A DNA stretch of 64,000 nt from Bifidobacteriaceae bacterium. GTDB lineage: Bacteria; Actinomycetota; Actinomycetes; Actinomycetales; WQXJ01. Position numbers and translations under genes: made by a program. The stretch lies in contig JAISSX010000018.1 in assembly GCA_031272885.1 (NCBI GenBank), positions 47,185 to 111,184 of the forward strand. Reading direction: 5' to 3'. The notes under the pieces were generated by a model. That model did no database searches, was not told where the DNA came from, and was given only the letters and a program-made list of their open reading frames with translations. Below are positions 54,873 to 64,000 of this stretch, in pieces. The stretch's first letter is position 1. The number at the start of each line of letters is the position of its first letter.

Positions 54873-54945
54873 GTCAAGCTCTCTCTTGAGGCGGCAGGAT
54901 TGGCACCATCCTATCGGCCCGGCCACAGGCGCCGGACCAATTCAT

Positions 54946-55073
54946 CCCACCTCACCCCCCCACCCTCACGAGAGTACGGTTATGTAGGTCTCCGCGCCGA
55001 CGCCTCCAGCGTTTGCGCAGGTCAGAGGGTTGGCCAACTCGGCGGCCAACTACATAAACGTACTTTCGCGAGG
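54946..55073. repeat. MITE-like intergenic element (copy B), inverted relative to copy A and more degenerate
   Basis: Left end cccacctcaccccccccaccctcacgagagtacggttatgtagg. Right end ctacataaacgtactttcgcgagg. The interior, reverse-complemented, contains ccctctgacctgcgcaaacg, compared with copy A ccctgacctgcataaacg. Confidence 0.8.
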
Positions 55074-55075
55074 TA

Positions 55076-56335
55076 TTAGGCGTCGAGGAGGCCGGCGGCC
55101 AGGGCCGGGGTCAGCGTGGGCGCCAACGGCAGGCGCGGGATCAGGGTCGCCTGGATGGCGTGGTAGATGTCCGGTTTGCCTTCCCAAACGATGGCGCTGG
55201 GCCGGTTCTGGGCGTCCAGTTCATGCAGCCACGAACCGTCCGGCTCGATCAGGTATTGCCTGGCGAAGTCCCACCAGGCGGCGAAACAGTCGCGGTAGAC
55301 GGCCTCGCCCGTGACCAGCCCAAGGGCATAGGCGGCGCCGATCGCCTCGGCCACCACCCAATGCTCGCGCTCATGCACAACCGGGGTGCCGTCCCAGTCC
55401 ACGGTGTAGACGAAGCCGGGGGCGCCATCGACCGCCCAGCCGTCCGTCTTGGCCCGGTCGAACAGGGCCACCGCCGCCTCCAGCAGCCAGGCCGGCGCGG
55501 CCTCACCCAGGGCGGCCCGCGCGTGCAGCGCCAGCCGGGCCCACTCCATGCCGTGGCCAATCGTGGCACCGTAGGGCCGGAACTTGTCCGTCGGATTATC
55601 CCGGTTGTAGTCCAGGTGGGCGGTCCAGGTGGCGTCGTAGTGTTCCGGGATGCGCCAACCGTTGCCGCGGGCGAACCGGTTCAGCGCGTTGCCAATAATC
55701 CGCACCGCCCGGTCCAGCCAGAGTTGCTTCGCGGCCGGGTCGGTCAAGGCGTCCGATGCCGCCAGGTACGCCTCCACAGTGTGCATATTCGCGTTGATGC
55801 CCCGGTAGTCGTGGCAGATGGCCCAGGTGGGGTCGAACTCTTCGCGCACCATGCCGTAGGCCTCGTCCCAGAAGTGGGCCTCGGCCACCGCCAGGGCCTG
55901 GTCCAGCAGGGCCTGGGCCCGTGCCGCCGAAATCTCCGGGTCCCGTCCGGCCGCGGCCAACGCCGAGGCCGGCGCCAAAATGGTGAACGAATGCGGGTAG
56001 GCGGCCTTGTCGCCGTAACCCTGCCCGGCGGCATCGACCTGGGGATACCAGCCGCCGTTGACGCCATCCCAGAACAGGGACTCAAGGGCGGCCAAACCGT
56101 GGTTGACCAGGGCCGCGCTGCCCGGGTGTCCCAGGATCGCCCCCAGCGAATAGACGTGCGTCATGCGGCAGGTGATCCACAGTTCGCGGTCATACGACCG
56201 GTCCACCCCGCCGGCCCCGTCCAGCCAACCGAAACCACCTTCCGGCAGGGCTGCCACATGGCCATAGGCCAGCAGGCGTTCGGTTTGTTCGGCCAACCAG
56301 GTGCGCTCCGCGGGCGCCAGGAACGGTGTAGTCAC
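55076..56335 (-). CDS. AGE-superfamily epimerase/isomerase (N-acylglucosamine 2-epimerase / mannose-6-P isomerase-like)
   Basis: 419-aa alpha/alpha-barrel-type repeats with conserved His/Trp contexts (RELWITCRMTHVYSLG, NANMHTVEAYL, GHGMEWARL, EREHWVVAEA). GTG start. Confidence 0.8.
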   Translation of the reverse strand: MTTPFLAPAERTWLAEQTERLLAYGHVAALPEGGFGWLDGAGGVDRSYDRELWITCRMTHVYSLGAILGHPGSAALVNHGLAALESLFWDGVNGGWYPQVDAAGQGYGDKAAYPHSFTILAPASALAAAGRDPEISAARAQALLDQALAVAEAHFWDEAYGMVREEFDPTWAICHDYRGINANMHTVEAYLAASDALTDPAAKQLWLDRAVRIIGNALNRFARGNGWRIPEHYDATWTAHLDYNRDNPTDKFRPYGATIGHGMEWARLALHARAALGEAAPAWLLEAAVALFDRAKTDGWAVDGAPGFVYTVDWDGTPVVHEREHWVVAEAIGAAYALGLVTGEAVYRDCFAAWWDFARQYLIEPDGSWLHELDAQNRPSAIVWEGKPDIYHAIQATLIPRLPLAPTLTPALAAGLLDA

Positions 56336-56367
56336 AGCCGCAATTGTTGCACGCCGCAGGCGGGGCG

Positions 56368-56605
56368 GGGGTGGTGGCGCTCAGGGTTCGGCGCACGGGC
56401 ATCTGAGCAGCGGTGGCCGCCGCGAGGTGGCCGCCGGTCGCGAAGGGGCGGAGCGCCACCACCCCCGCGCCGCCGATCGACGGTGGGAAGGTGGTGGCGT
56501 AGCGAACGTGGATGGGCCTGGCCGTCTGCTGGGCGCGCAGCGCGCGGCAGACTGGTTGTGAGCGGCCACCACCTTTCTCCCGGCGACCGGTGGCCGCCGG
56601 TCGCT
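56368..56605 (-). other. Highly structured intergenic region: two tandem long stem-loop modules plus a pyk-proximal hairpin
   Basis: Perfect 16-bp inverted repeat: gggggtggtggcgctc (56368-83) with gagcgccaccaccccc (56451-66). Second inverted repeat: gggaaggtggtggcg (56485-99) with cggccaccacctttctccc (56563-81). Hairpin gcgaccgg-tggccg-ccggtcgc at 56584-56605, just downstream of the pyk stop. Confidence 0.6.
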
Positions 56606-56614
56606 GCCAGGAGC

Positions 56615-58150
56615 TCAGGCGGAATAGACCGGGTTGGGGCTTTGGCGGCTGACCAACGGCCCGATCCGCGCCGGCACCAGCGCCGCCGAACCCTCCTCGT
56701 CCAGGGCGGCCCGGCGCCGCACCTCGGCGCCGGTGTCAAGTTCGCCGATCCGATGCACCAGGATCTGGTTGGTGGTCCCGGCCTGCCCCACCGGCGCGCC
56801 GGACACGATCACGATCGTGTCCCCCCGGCGACCCATCCCCTGGGCCTCCAACACGGCATCGGCCCCGTGAATCATCTGGTCGGTGTGGTCGAAGTGCGGC
56901 ACGTCGAAGGCACACACACCCCAAGCCAGCGCCAACTGCCGCCGCACCCGCTTGTCCGGCGTCAATACGATCAGGGGAATCTCGGACCGCAGGCGGGCCA
57001 TCCGCAGCGCCGAATCGCCCGTCTCGGTGAAGGCCACCAGGTAGGCGGCGTCGAGGGTGTCCGCAATCTCGGCCGCCGCCCGGGTCAGGATGCCGCCGCG
57101 CGTGTGCGGCATCGAGGTCAGCGCCGGGATGCGTTCGCGCCCGTGCACCTCGGTCGATTCGATGATCCGCGCCATGGTCCGCACCGCGTCCACCGGGTAG
57201 CGCCCCACGGACGTCTCGCCGGACAGCATCACCGCGTCCGCGCCGTCGAGCACCGCGTTGGCGCAGTCGGACGCCTCCGCCCGGGTGGGCCGCGGGTTCG
57301 TCATCATCGACTCCAACACCTGCGTCGCCACGATCACCGGTTTGGCGTAGCGCCGGGCCAGGTCGATGGCGCGTTTCTGCACCAGCGGCACGTCCTCCAG
57401 GGGCAGTTCCACCCCCAGGTCGCCGCGCGCCACCATGATGGCGTCGAAGGACAGCACAATCTCGGGCAGGTTCTCCACCGCCTGCGGCTTCTCGATCTTG
57501 GCCACCACCGGCACTGTCACGCCTGCTTCGGCCATGATGGTGGCCACGTCGCGGTAGTCGGCTGCGTTACGCACAAACGACAAGGCGACGATGTCGACCC
57601 CCAGCTTGAGTGCAAAGCGCAGGTCGGCCACGTCCTTCTCGGATAGGGCCGGCACCGACACGGCCACACCCGGCAGGTTGATGCCCTTGTGGTCCGACAC
57701 CGGCCCGCCCACCTCAACCGTTGTCACGACATCGGTCGCCGTCACCTCTTGGACCTGCAGCACCACCTTGCCGTCGTCGATCAGTATCCGGTCGTAGACG
57801 CGGGCGTCACCCGGCAGCCCTGCGTAGGTGGTGGAAGCGCGCTGGGCCGTGCCCACCACATGTTCGGTGGTGATGGTGAAACGCGCGCCGGTCTCCAGCA
57901 CCACGGGTTGGTGGCCCTTGAAGGTGCCCAGGCGGATCTTGGGCCCTTGCAGGTCCGCCAAGATGCCCACGTTGGCCCCCAGCTCGGCCGCCACCTCGCG
58001 GATCAGGTGGTAAACCGCCGCGTGGTCCTTGTGGGTGCCGTGGGACATGTTGAGCCGGGCCACGTCCATGCCGGCCTTGATCAGGTCGGTCAGTTGCTCA
58101 CGGGTGGACGTGGCCGGGCCCATGGTGCAAACGATCTTGGCCCGGCGCAT
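56615..58150 (-). CDS. pyk: Pyruvate kinase (with ~45-aa C-terminal extension)
   Basis: MRRAKIVCTMGPATSTREQL...MNVARLNMSHG, MVARGDLGVE, and the characteristic C-terminal domain. ATG at 58150 lies 10 nt after the gltD stop. The longest ORF (to 58408) overlaps gltD and is a shadow extension. Confidence 0.93.
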   Translation of the reverse strand: MRRAKIVCTMGPATSTREQLTDLIKAGMDVARLNMSHGTHKDHAAVYHLIREVAAELGANVGILADLQGPKIRLGTFKGHQPVVLETGARFTITTEHVVGTAQRASTTYAGLPGDARVYDRILIDDGKVVLQVQEVTATDVVTTVEVGGPVSDHKGINLPGVAVSVPALSEKDVADLRFALKLGVDIVALSFVRNAADYRDVATIMAEAGVTVPVVAKIEKPQAVENLPEIVLSFDAIMVARGDLGVELPLEDVPLVQKRAIDLARRYAKPVIVATQVLESMMTNPRPTRAEASDCANAVLDGADAVMLSGETSVGRYPVDAVRTMARIIESTEVHGRERIPALTSMPHTRGGILTRAAAEIADTLDAAYLVAFTETGDSALRMARLRSEIPLIVLTPDKRVRRQLALAWGVCAFDVPHFDHTDQMIHGADAVLEAQGMGRRGDTIVIVSGAPVGQAGTTNQILVHRIGELDTGAEVRRRAALDEEGSAALVPARIGPLVSRQSPNPVYSA

Positions 58151-58160
58151 GCCGACCAGC

Positions 58161-59621
58161 TTAGAGCGCCAGGGGCACGGCCGTGGCCGGGATAGGGCTG
58201 GCCAGTTCGGTGGAGCCCTGCAGGTAGGTGTCCACCGCCGCGGCGCAGGCCCGGCCTTCGGCGATGGCCCACACCACCAGCGACTGGCCGCGGCCGGCAT
58301 CGCCCGCCACGAACACGCCCGGCTGGCTGGTGGCATAGCCGGCGTCTCGGACCAGGGTGCCGCGCGGCCCCAACTCCAACCCCAACTGCCCAACGGCCGT
58401 ACCGGCATCGGGCCCAGTGAAACCCATGGCGATGAAGATCAAATCGGCCGGCAACTCGCGTTCCGTCCCCTCAACGGCCTGGAACCGCCCGTCTACCTGG
58501 GCGGCATCGGCCACCCGCAACCCCGTCAACTGCCCGTCCGAACCCAAGAACTCCAGGGAGGTGACGCCATACAGCCGTTCACCGCCCTCTTCGTGGGAGG
58601 TCGAAGTGCGGAACACCTGCGGGTAGACCGGCCACGGCTGGTGGTCCGGGCGGGCCGAGGGCGGCTGGGGCAGGATCTCCAGCGAGGTAACCGACTTGGC
58701 ACCCTGCCGCAGGGCCGTGCCCACGCAGTCGGAACCGGTGTCGCCGCCACCAATCACGATGACGCGCTTGCCGGCGGCGCGGATCTGGTTCGCCACCATG
58801 CGGCCGGACGCAACCACGTTGGCCTGGTGCAGGTAGCGCTTGGCGAAGTGGATGCCGTCCAGGTCGCGGCCCGGCAGCGGCAGGTCACGCGGCACCGTAG
58901 AGCCGATGGCGATAACCACCGCGTCGTAGCGTTGCACCAGGTCATCCCACTCGATGTCCTTGCCAACCTCCACGCCGGTGCGGAAACGCGTGCCTTCGGC
59001 CTGCATCTGGCTCAACCGCAGGTCAAGGTGGTGCTTGCCCAGCTTGAAATCCGGAATGCCGTAGCGCAGCAGGCCACCCGGCCGGTCGGCCCGTTCGTAG
59101 ACGGCCACGGTGTGGCCGGCTCGCGTCAACTGTTGGGCGGCGGCCAGGCCGGCCGGCCCGGAACCGACCACGGCCACGGTGTAGCCGGTGATGCGCTGCG
59201 GCACCTGCGGCGTGATCCAGCCGGCGGCAAAGGCCTTGTCCACAATCGCCATCTCGATCGACTCGATGGTGACAGGCGGCTGCGAAATGCCCAGCACGCA
59301 GGAACCCTCGCACAGGGCGGGGCAGACCCGGCCGGTGAACTCGGGGAAATTGTTGGTGGCGTGCAGCCGGTCCGAGGCCGCCCGCCAATCCCCCCGCCAC
59401 ACCAGGTCGTTCCATTCCGGGATCAGGTTGCCCAGGGGACAGCCGCGGTGGCAGAACGGCACGCCGCAGTCCATGCAGCGGCCGGACTGCCGGTGCAACA
59501 TGACCTCGTCGGTGGGCGCGGTCAGTTTGACCTCGTGGAAGTCCAGCACCCGCTGCGACACGGCCCGGTTGGGCGGCAGTTCGCGTTCGCGAACCTTCAG
59601 GAAGCCCTTCGGATCAGCCAT
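58161..59621 (-). CDS. gltD: Glutamate synthase (NADPH) small subunit
   Basis: N-terminal Cys clusters CMDCGVPFC...[12 protein letters not shown] and CPALCEGSC. Dinucleotide folds [17 protein letters not shown] and [13 protein letters not shown]. Confidence 0.95.
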   Translation of the reverse strand: MADPKGFLKVRERELPPNRAVSQRVLDFHEVKLTAPTDEVMLHRQSGRCMDCGVPFCHRGCPLGNLIPEWNDLVWRGDWRAASDRLHATNNFPEFTGRVCPALCEGSCVLGISQPPVTIESIEMAIVDKAFAAGWITPQVPQRITGYTVAVVGSGPAGLAAAQQLTRAGHTVAVYERADRPGGLLRYGIPDFKLGKHHLDLRLSQMQAEGTRFRTGVEVGKDIEWDDLVQRYDAVVIAIGSTVPRDLPLPGRDLDGIHFAKRYLHQANVVASGRMVANQIRAAGKRVIVIGGGDTGSDCVGTALRQGAKSVTSLEILPQPPSARPDHQPWPVYPQVFRTSTSHEEGGERLYGVTSLEFLGSDGQLTGLRVADAAQVDGRFQAVEGTERELPADLIFIAMGFTGPDAGTAVGQLGLELGPRGTLVRDAGYATSQPGVFVAGDAGRGQSLVVWAIAEGRACAAAVDTYLQGSTELASPIPATAVPLAL

Positions 59622-62600
59622 GAGCCGCCTCCTTCATGATGGAAGCCCACACTTCGGGGTCGTGATAGTCCAAGCCGGCGGCCTTGGCCTTGGCCAGGGC
59701 GGCGTTCATGCGGGCGTATTCCCGCGGCGTCACCTGCGTGAACCGAGTCACCGCCTCCGGCCAGTTGGCCAGCAGTTCGGACGCTACGGTGGAGCCCGTC
59801 TCGCTGGCGTGCTCCTCAACCAGGGCCTTCAGTTCGGCATCGTCCTCCACCGGCTGCAACAGCAGTTCGCCGGTCTTCATGGCCTGCGGGCACACCAAAC
59901 CGCGGTCCAGGTCAAGCACGTAGGCCCGGCCGCCAGACATGCCGGCACCAAAGTTCCGCCCGGTGGCGCCCAGAATCACCGCCACGCCGCCGGTCATGTA
60001 CTCGCAGGCGTGATCGCCCACGCCCTCCACCACCAGCGACGCCCCCGAGTTGCGCACCGCGAACCGCTCGCCCACCCGGCCGCGCAGGAAAATCTGCCCG
60101 GAGGTGGCGCCGTAGCCGATCACGTTGCCGGCGATGATCGACCGCTCGGCCCGGAAACCGGCATTGGGCGCCGGATGGACCACGATCCGCCCACCGGACA
60201 GGCCCTTACCCAGGTAGTCGTTCGAATCACCCACCAACCTGAGCACGATGCCGCGCGGCACGAAGGCGCCGAACGACTGCCCGCCCGTGCCCGTCAGGGT
60301 GATGTCGATGGTGCCGGGTGGCAGGCCCTCGCCGCCGTAGCGTTTGGTCACCTCGTGGCCCAGCATGGTGCCAACAGTCCGGTTGACGTTGCGCACCCGC
60401 GCCTCGATGAAGACCGGTTCGCCGTGCTCAAGGGCCGGCGCCGCCTGCGCGATCAGCTTGTTGTCGAGCGCCGCCTCCAGCCCGTGGTCCTGCGCCCGCA
60501 CCCGGTGCAGCGGCGAGCCGGCTGCGTTTTCGGGTTGGTGCAGGATGGGCGTCAGGTCAAGGCCGGCCGCCTTCCAGTGGTCGATGGCGGCCTGGGCCTC
60601 GATCATTTCGACGTGCCCCACGGCCTCCTCCAGGGTGCGGAAGCCCAGCGCCGCCAGGTATTCGCGCACTTCTTGGGCCACGAACTGGAAGTAGTTGACA
60701 ACGTATTCCGGCTTGCCGCTGAAGCGGGCCCGCAGTTCGGGGTTCTGGGTCGCCACACCCACCGGGCAGGTGTCCTTTTGGCAGACGCGCATCATGACGC
60801 AGCCCATCGTGACCAGCGGCGCGGTAGCGAAACCGAACTCTTCGGCCCCCAGCAGGGCGGCAATAATCACGTCGCGGCCGGTCTTCAACTGGCCGTCCAC
60901 CTGCACCGTGATGCGGTCACGCAGGTTGTTCAGGATCAGTGTCTGCTGGGTTTCGGCCAGGCCCAACTCCCAAGGCCCGCCGGCGTGTTTGATGGAGGTC
61001 AACGGCGAGGCGCCGGTGCCGCCATCGTGCCCCGAAATCAACACCACGTCGGCGTGCGCCTTCGAGACGCCGGCCGCCACCGTGCCCACGCCCACTTCCG
61101 CCACCAGCTTGACGTGGATGCGGGCGCCCGGGTTGGCGTTCTTCAGGTCGTGGATCAGTTGCTTCAAGTCCTCGATCGAATAGATGTCGTGGTGCGGCGG
61201 CGGCGAGATCAACTGCACGCCCGGCGTCGAGTGCCGTGTGCGCCCAATCCACGGGTAGACCTTGGCGCCGGGCAACTGGCCGCCTTCACCCGGCTTGGCG
61301 CCCTGCGCCATCTTGATCTGCAGGTCATCGGCATTGGTGAGGTACTCGGCCGTGACGCCGAAGCGCCCGGAGGCCACCTGCTTGATGGCGCTGCGCCGGG
61401 CCGGGTCATGCAGCCGCTCCGGGTCCTCGCCGCCCTCACCGGTGTTGGACTTGGCGCCCAACTGGTTCATGGCGATGGCCAGCGTGGAGTGCGCCTCCAT
61501 GGAGATCGAACCGTAGGACATGGCGCCGGTGGAGAACCGCTTGACGATTTCGCTGACCGGCTCCACCTCATCCAGCGGCACGGCCGGGCGCACGCCCTCC
61601 TTCAGCTTGAACAGGCCGCGCAGCGTGGCCAGGCGGCCGGCCTGGTCGTCGATGCGCCGGGCGTAGCGCCGGTACAGCTCGAAGTCGCCCCGGCGGGTGG
61701 CGGCCTGCAGTTCGAAGATGGCGTCCGGCGTCAGCAGGTGGATCTCGCCGTCACGGCGCCACTTGTAGAGGCCGCCAGATTCCAGGATCTCGTCACCCGA
61801 GCCGTACACCATACGCGGGTAGGCCTTGTGGTGGCGCATCTCCACGCCCTGGGCAATCTGCTCCAGCCCGATGCCGCCCAACCGCGACGTGGTCCCGGTG
61901 AAGTACTCGTCCACCAGGTCTTGAGCCAAACCGACGGCCTCGAACACCTGGGCGCCGCGGTAAGACGAAACGGTGGAGATGCCCATCTTGCTCATCACCT
62001 TGAGTACACCCTTGCCGAGGGCCTTAATCAGGTGCGCCACGGCATCGGCCTCCGAGATGTCACCCAAGTCCCCCTGGCGGGCCAGCTTCTCCACCGACTC
62101 CATGGCCAGGTAGGGGTTGACGGCGGCCGCGCCGTAGCCGATCAGCAGGGCGATGTGGTGCACTTCGCGGACGTCCCCGGCCTCCACCACCAGGCCGATC
62201 TGGGTCCGGGTGCGGTTGCGCAGCAGGTGGTGGTGCACCGCGCCCACCAGCAACAACGACGGGATAGGGGCCAGGTCCGCGGTCGATTCACGGTCCGACA
62301 AGACAATGAAACTGGTGCCGGCCGCCACCGCTTGGTCAACCTCGGCGAAGATCTCTTCCAGGCGGGCCTTGAGGGCCGCGCCGCCGCCGTCCACCCGGTA
62401 GAGGCCACGCACGGTGATGGCCGTAAAGCCGCCGGACCGTTCCTTGTAGCGGGCGATACGGGTGATCTTGGCCAGTTCCTCGTTATTGACCACCGGGAAC
62501 GGCATGACCAGTTTGCGGGCGTGGGCGGGGTCTTCCGCCAGCAGGTTGGGCATTGGCCCGATGGCGGTGGCCAGCGACGTCACCATCTCTTCCCGGATGG

Positions 62601-64000
62601 CGTCCAGCGGCGGGTTGGTCACCTGGGCGAACAGTTGGTTGAAGTAGTCGAACAGCAGCCGCGGGCGGTCGGAGAGCACCGCGAGGGGGGTGTCGTTGCC
62701 CATCGAGCCGATCGGCTCGGCCCCGGTGATCGCCATCGGCGACAGGATCAAGCGCAGTTCTTCCTCGGTGTAGCCGAACATCAACTGGCGGCGCACCACC
62801 GATTCGGACGAATAGTCCACGTGCTCGCGTGGCGGCAGTTGGTCCAGGTAGACGGCGTGCTCCCGCATCCATTCGCCGTAGGGCTGGCGGGCGGCCAGTT
62901 CGGACTTGATCTCGTGGTTCTCGATGATCCGGCCGCGTTCCAGGTCCACCAGGAACATGCGACCCGGCTCCAGCCGGCCCTTGCGCACCACCTGGTCTTG
63001 GGGGATGTCCAGGACACCGGCCTCCGAGGCCATCACCACCAGGCCGTCCTTCGTCACCCAATAGCGGCCGGGCCGCAGGCCGTTGCGGTCAAGCGTGGCG
63101 CCCACCAGGGTGCCGTCCGTGAAGGCGATGGCGGCCGGGCCGTCCCAAGCTTCCTGCACCGAGTCATGGAACTCGTAGAACTCGCGGATGCGCTGGTCCA
63201 TCTCGCTGTTGTTCTCCCACGCCTGCGGGATCATCATCAGCATGGCGTGCGGCAGCGACCGCCCGGCCAGGTGCAGCAGTTCCAGCACCGAATTGAAGGA
63301 GGCCGAATCGGATTCGCCCGGCGCGCAGATGGGCCGCAGCGGCGCGATGTCGCCAATCAGGTCGGACTGCATCTGGCCGGCCCGGGCGCTGAGCCAGTTG
63401 CGGTTGCCCATCACCGTGTTGATCTCGCCGTTGTGGGCCAGGTGGCTGAATGGCTGGGCCAGTGGCCAGGACGGGAAGGTGTTGGTGGAGAAGCGCGAGT
63501 GCACCAAGGCGATCTCGGTCTCAAAATCCTGGTCGGACAGGTCCGGGAAGAACGGCTCCAACTGGGCCGTGGTCAACATGCCCTTATAGACCAGGGTGCG
63601 GGCGCTGAGCGAGCAGAAGTACGTCTGCCACTGGTTTAGGGCCCGCTTCTTGACCCGGAAGGCGCGCTGATCCAAGGCGATGCCGTTCAACTCCCCCGCC
63701 GGATCAGTAATCAGCACTTGGCGCATCACCGGCATATTGGCCCGCGCCGTGGGGCCGATGGGCTTGGGCTTGATCGGCAGGTCACGCCAGGCCAGCACCT
63801 TGAGGCCTTCTTCGGCCACGATCTGGTCGACGCCGTCCATGGCGGCCGCGGCGGCGTGCGCGCCCTGCGGCAGGAAGGCCAAGCCAACGGCGTAGTGACC
63901 AGGCAGCGGCATGGTTTCACCCGCCGGCAACAGCGGCGTGAAGACACGTTCCATCAGCTTGTGCGGCATCTGGGTCAGCAGGCCGGCGCCGTCACCGGTG
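59614..64000 (-). CDS. gltB: Glutamate synthase large subunit, 5'-partial (N-terminus lies beyond the window end)
   Basis: The frame stays open to position 64000 (…[14 protein letters not shown], matching the conserved GDGAG(I/L)L of the amidotransferase domain). FMN/Fe-S domain motifs [20 protein letters not shown] and CIMMRVC-like [18 protein letters not shown] are present. There is an 8-nt overlap with gltD. Confidence 0.95.
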   Translation of the reverse strand, partial: TGDGAGLLTQMPHKLMERVFTPLLPAGETMPLPGHYAVGLAFLPQGAHAAAAAMDGVDQIVAEEGLKVLAWRDLPIKPKPIGPTARANMPVMRQVLITDPAGELNGIALDQRAFRVKKRALNQWQTYFCSLSARTLVYKGMLTTAQLEPFFPDLSDQDFETEIALVHSRFSTNTFPSWPLAQPFSHLAHNGEINTVMGNRNWLSARAGQMQSDLIGDIAPLRPICAPGESDSASFNSVLELLHLAGRSLPHAMLMMIPQAWENNSEMDQRIREFYEFHDSVQEAWDGPAAIAFTDGTLVGATLDRNGLRPGRYWVTKDGLVVMASEAGVLDIPQDQVVRKGRLEPGRMFLVDLERGRIIENHEIKSELAARQPYGEWMREHAVYLDQLPPREHVDYSSESVVRRQLMFGYTEEELRLILSPMAITGAEPIGSMGNDTPLAVLSDRPRLLFDYFNQLFAQVTNPPLDAIREEMVTSLATAIGPMPNLLAEDPAHARKLVMPFPVVNNEELAKITRIARYKERSGGFTAITVRGLYRVDGGGAALKARLEEIFAEVDQAVAAGTSFIVLSDRESTADLAPIPSLLLVGAVHHHLLRNRTRTQIGLVVEAGDVREVHHIALLIGYGAAAVNPYLAMESVEKLARQGDLGDISEADAVAHLIKALGKGVLKVMSKMGISTVSSYRGAQVFEAVGLAQDLVDEYFTGTTSRLGGIGLEQIAQGVEMRHHKAYPRMVYGSGDEILESGGLYKWRRDGEIHLLTPDAIFELQAATRRGDFELYRRYARRIDDQAGRLATLRGLFKLKEGVRPAVPLDEVEPVSEIVKRFSTGAMSYGSISMEAHSTLAIAMNQLGAKSNTGEGGEDPERLHDPARRSAIKQVASGRFGVTAEYLTNADDLQIKMAQGAKPGEGGQLPGAKVYPWIGRTRHSTPGVQLISPPPHHDIYSIEDLKQLIHDLKNANPGARIHVKLVAEVGVGTVAAGVSKAHADVVLISGHDGGTGASPLTSIKHAGGPWELGLAETQQTLILNNLRDRITVQVDGQLKTGRDVIIAALLGAEEFGFATAPLVTMGCVMMRVCQKDTCPVGVATQNPELRARFSGKPEYVVNYFQFVAQEVREYLAALGFRTLEEAVGHVEMIEAQAAIDHWKAAGLDLTPILHQPENAAGSPLHRVRAQDHGLEAALDNKLIAQAAPALEHGEPVFIEARVRNVNRTVGTMLGHEVTKRYGGEGLPPGTIDITLTGTGGQSFGAFVPRGIVLRLVGDSNDYLGKGLSGGRIVVHPAPNAGFRAERSIIAGNVIGYGATSGQIFLRGRVGERFAVRNSGASLVVEGVGDHACEYMTGGVAVILGATGRNFGAGMSGGRAYVLDLDRGLVCPQAMKTGELLLQPVEDDAELKALVEEHASETGSTVASELLANWPEAVTRFTQVTPREYARMNAALAKAKAAGLDYHDPEVWASIMKEAAHG

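Noticed and set aside
55160-57646. 828-aa plus-strand ORF, together with similar long ORFs at 19262-21616, 59188-63639, 8053-9501, 46007-47257 and 49735-51126
   Set aside because: All lie antisense to genes with unmistakable conserved motifs (AGE epimerase/pyk, dxs/acn, gltB, nanEK, ABC ATPase, solute-binding protein). They have Arg/Gly/His/Pro-rich compositions typical of high-GC antisense frames.
58151-58408. Longest-ORF N-terminal extensions of pyk (to 58408), the 2-HADH gene (to 43130), DUF881 (to 14004), acn (to 23314), trpB2 (to 54926), the solute-binding protein (to 51447) and the lipoproteins (TTG at 26271/27388)
   Set aside because: The extensions overlap the upstream gene and are Arg/Pro/Gly/Trp-rich. 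Internal ATG or GTG starts coincide with family-typical N-termini and/or ribosome-binding sites or stop-start coupling.

Overview
This is a high-GC (roughly 68-70%) actinobacterial chromosomal segment. It is densely coded, and almost every real gene carries Arg/Pro-rich alternate-frame 'shadow' ORFs, which I ignored. Most of the content is core housekeeping.

Gene content in order:
- A very large polytopic membrane protein.
- The pyrR-pyrB-pyrC-carA operon, with no carB following it.
- A NanE-NanK (ManNAc-6-P epimerase / ROK kinase) fusion, then RNase P RNA.
- The conserved actinobacterial cluster of two MerR genes, FHA (GarA/OdhI), DUF881, a small membrane protein, DUF881 and pgsA.
- yigZ-thyA-folA, then DUF3000 and an RNase D/HRDC protein.
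- dxs and aconitase.
- A small accessory islet next to tRNA-Met/tRNA-Asn. It holds a Pro/Tyr-tailed membrane protein, a HigBA-like toxin-antitoxin pair, two tandem mosaic lipoprotein paralogs and an orphan HicB-like gene.
- A ~1485-aa fusion of two BcrAD/BadFG-type activase domains with 2-hydroxyacyl-CoA-dehydratase-like domains, followed by an EamA transporter.
- dnaG and dgt.
- An ABC ATPase with a degenerate signature motif plus an FtsX-like permease.
- A 9-gene, single-strand operon: family-5 solute-binding protein, two permeases, fused double ATPase, bicupin, IclR, AcnX large and small subunits, and a D-2-hydroxyacid dehydrogenase.
- A GNAT acetyltransferase, a stand-alone TrpB2-like enzyme, an AGE-family epimerase, pyruvate kinase, and gltD-gltB (gltB runs off the window).

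No canonical defence system, CRISPR array, integrase or transposase is visible.

Most unusual signals:
1. Two intergenic giant palindromes built from G-rich ~20-bp tandem units sit at convergent gene junctions. One of them contains a (GGGTTAC)16 microsatellite.
2. Two families of MITE-like inverted-repeat elements are present.
3. The split-AcnX catabolic operon has no assignable substrate.
4. The giant activase/dehydratase fusion has no known function.
5. A near-perfect 59-bp in-frame duplication lies at the NanE-NanK junction.
6. The tandem lipoprotein paralogs are mosaic, with identical and divergent blocks.

All functional calls rest on motif recognition by eye. No database searches were run.
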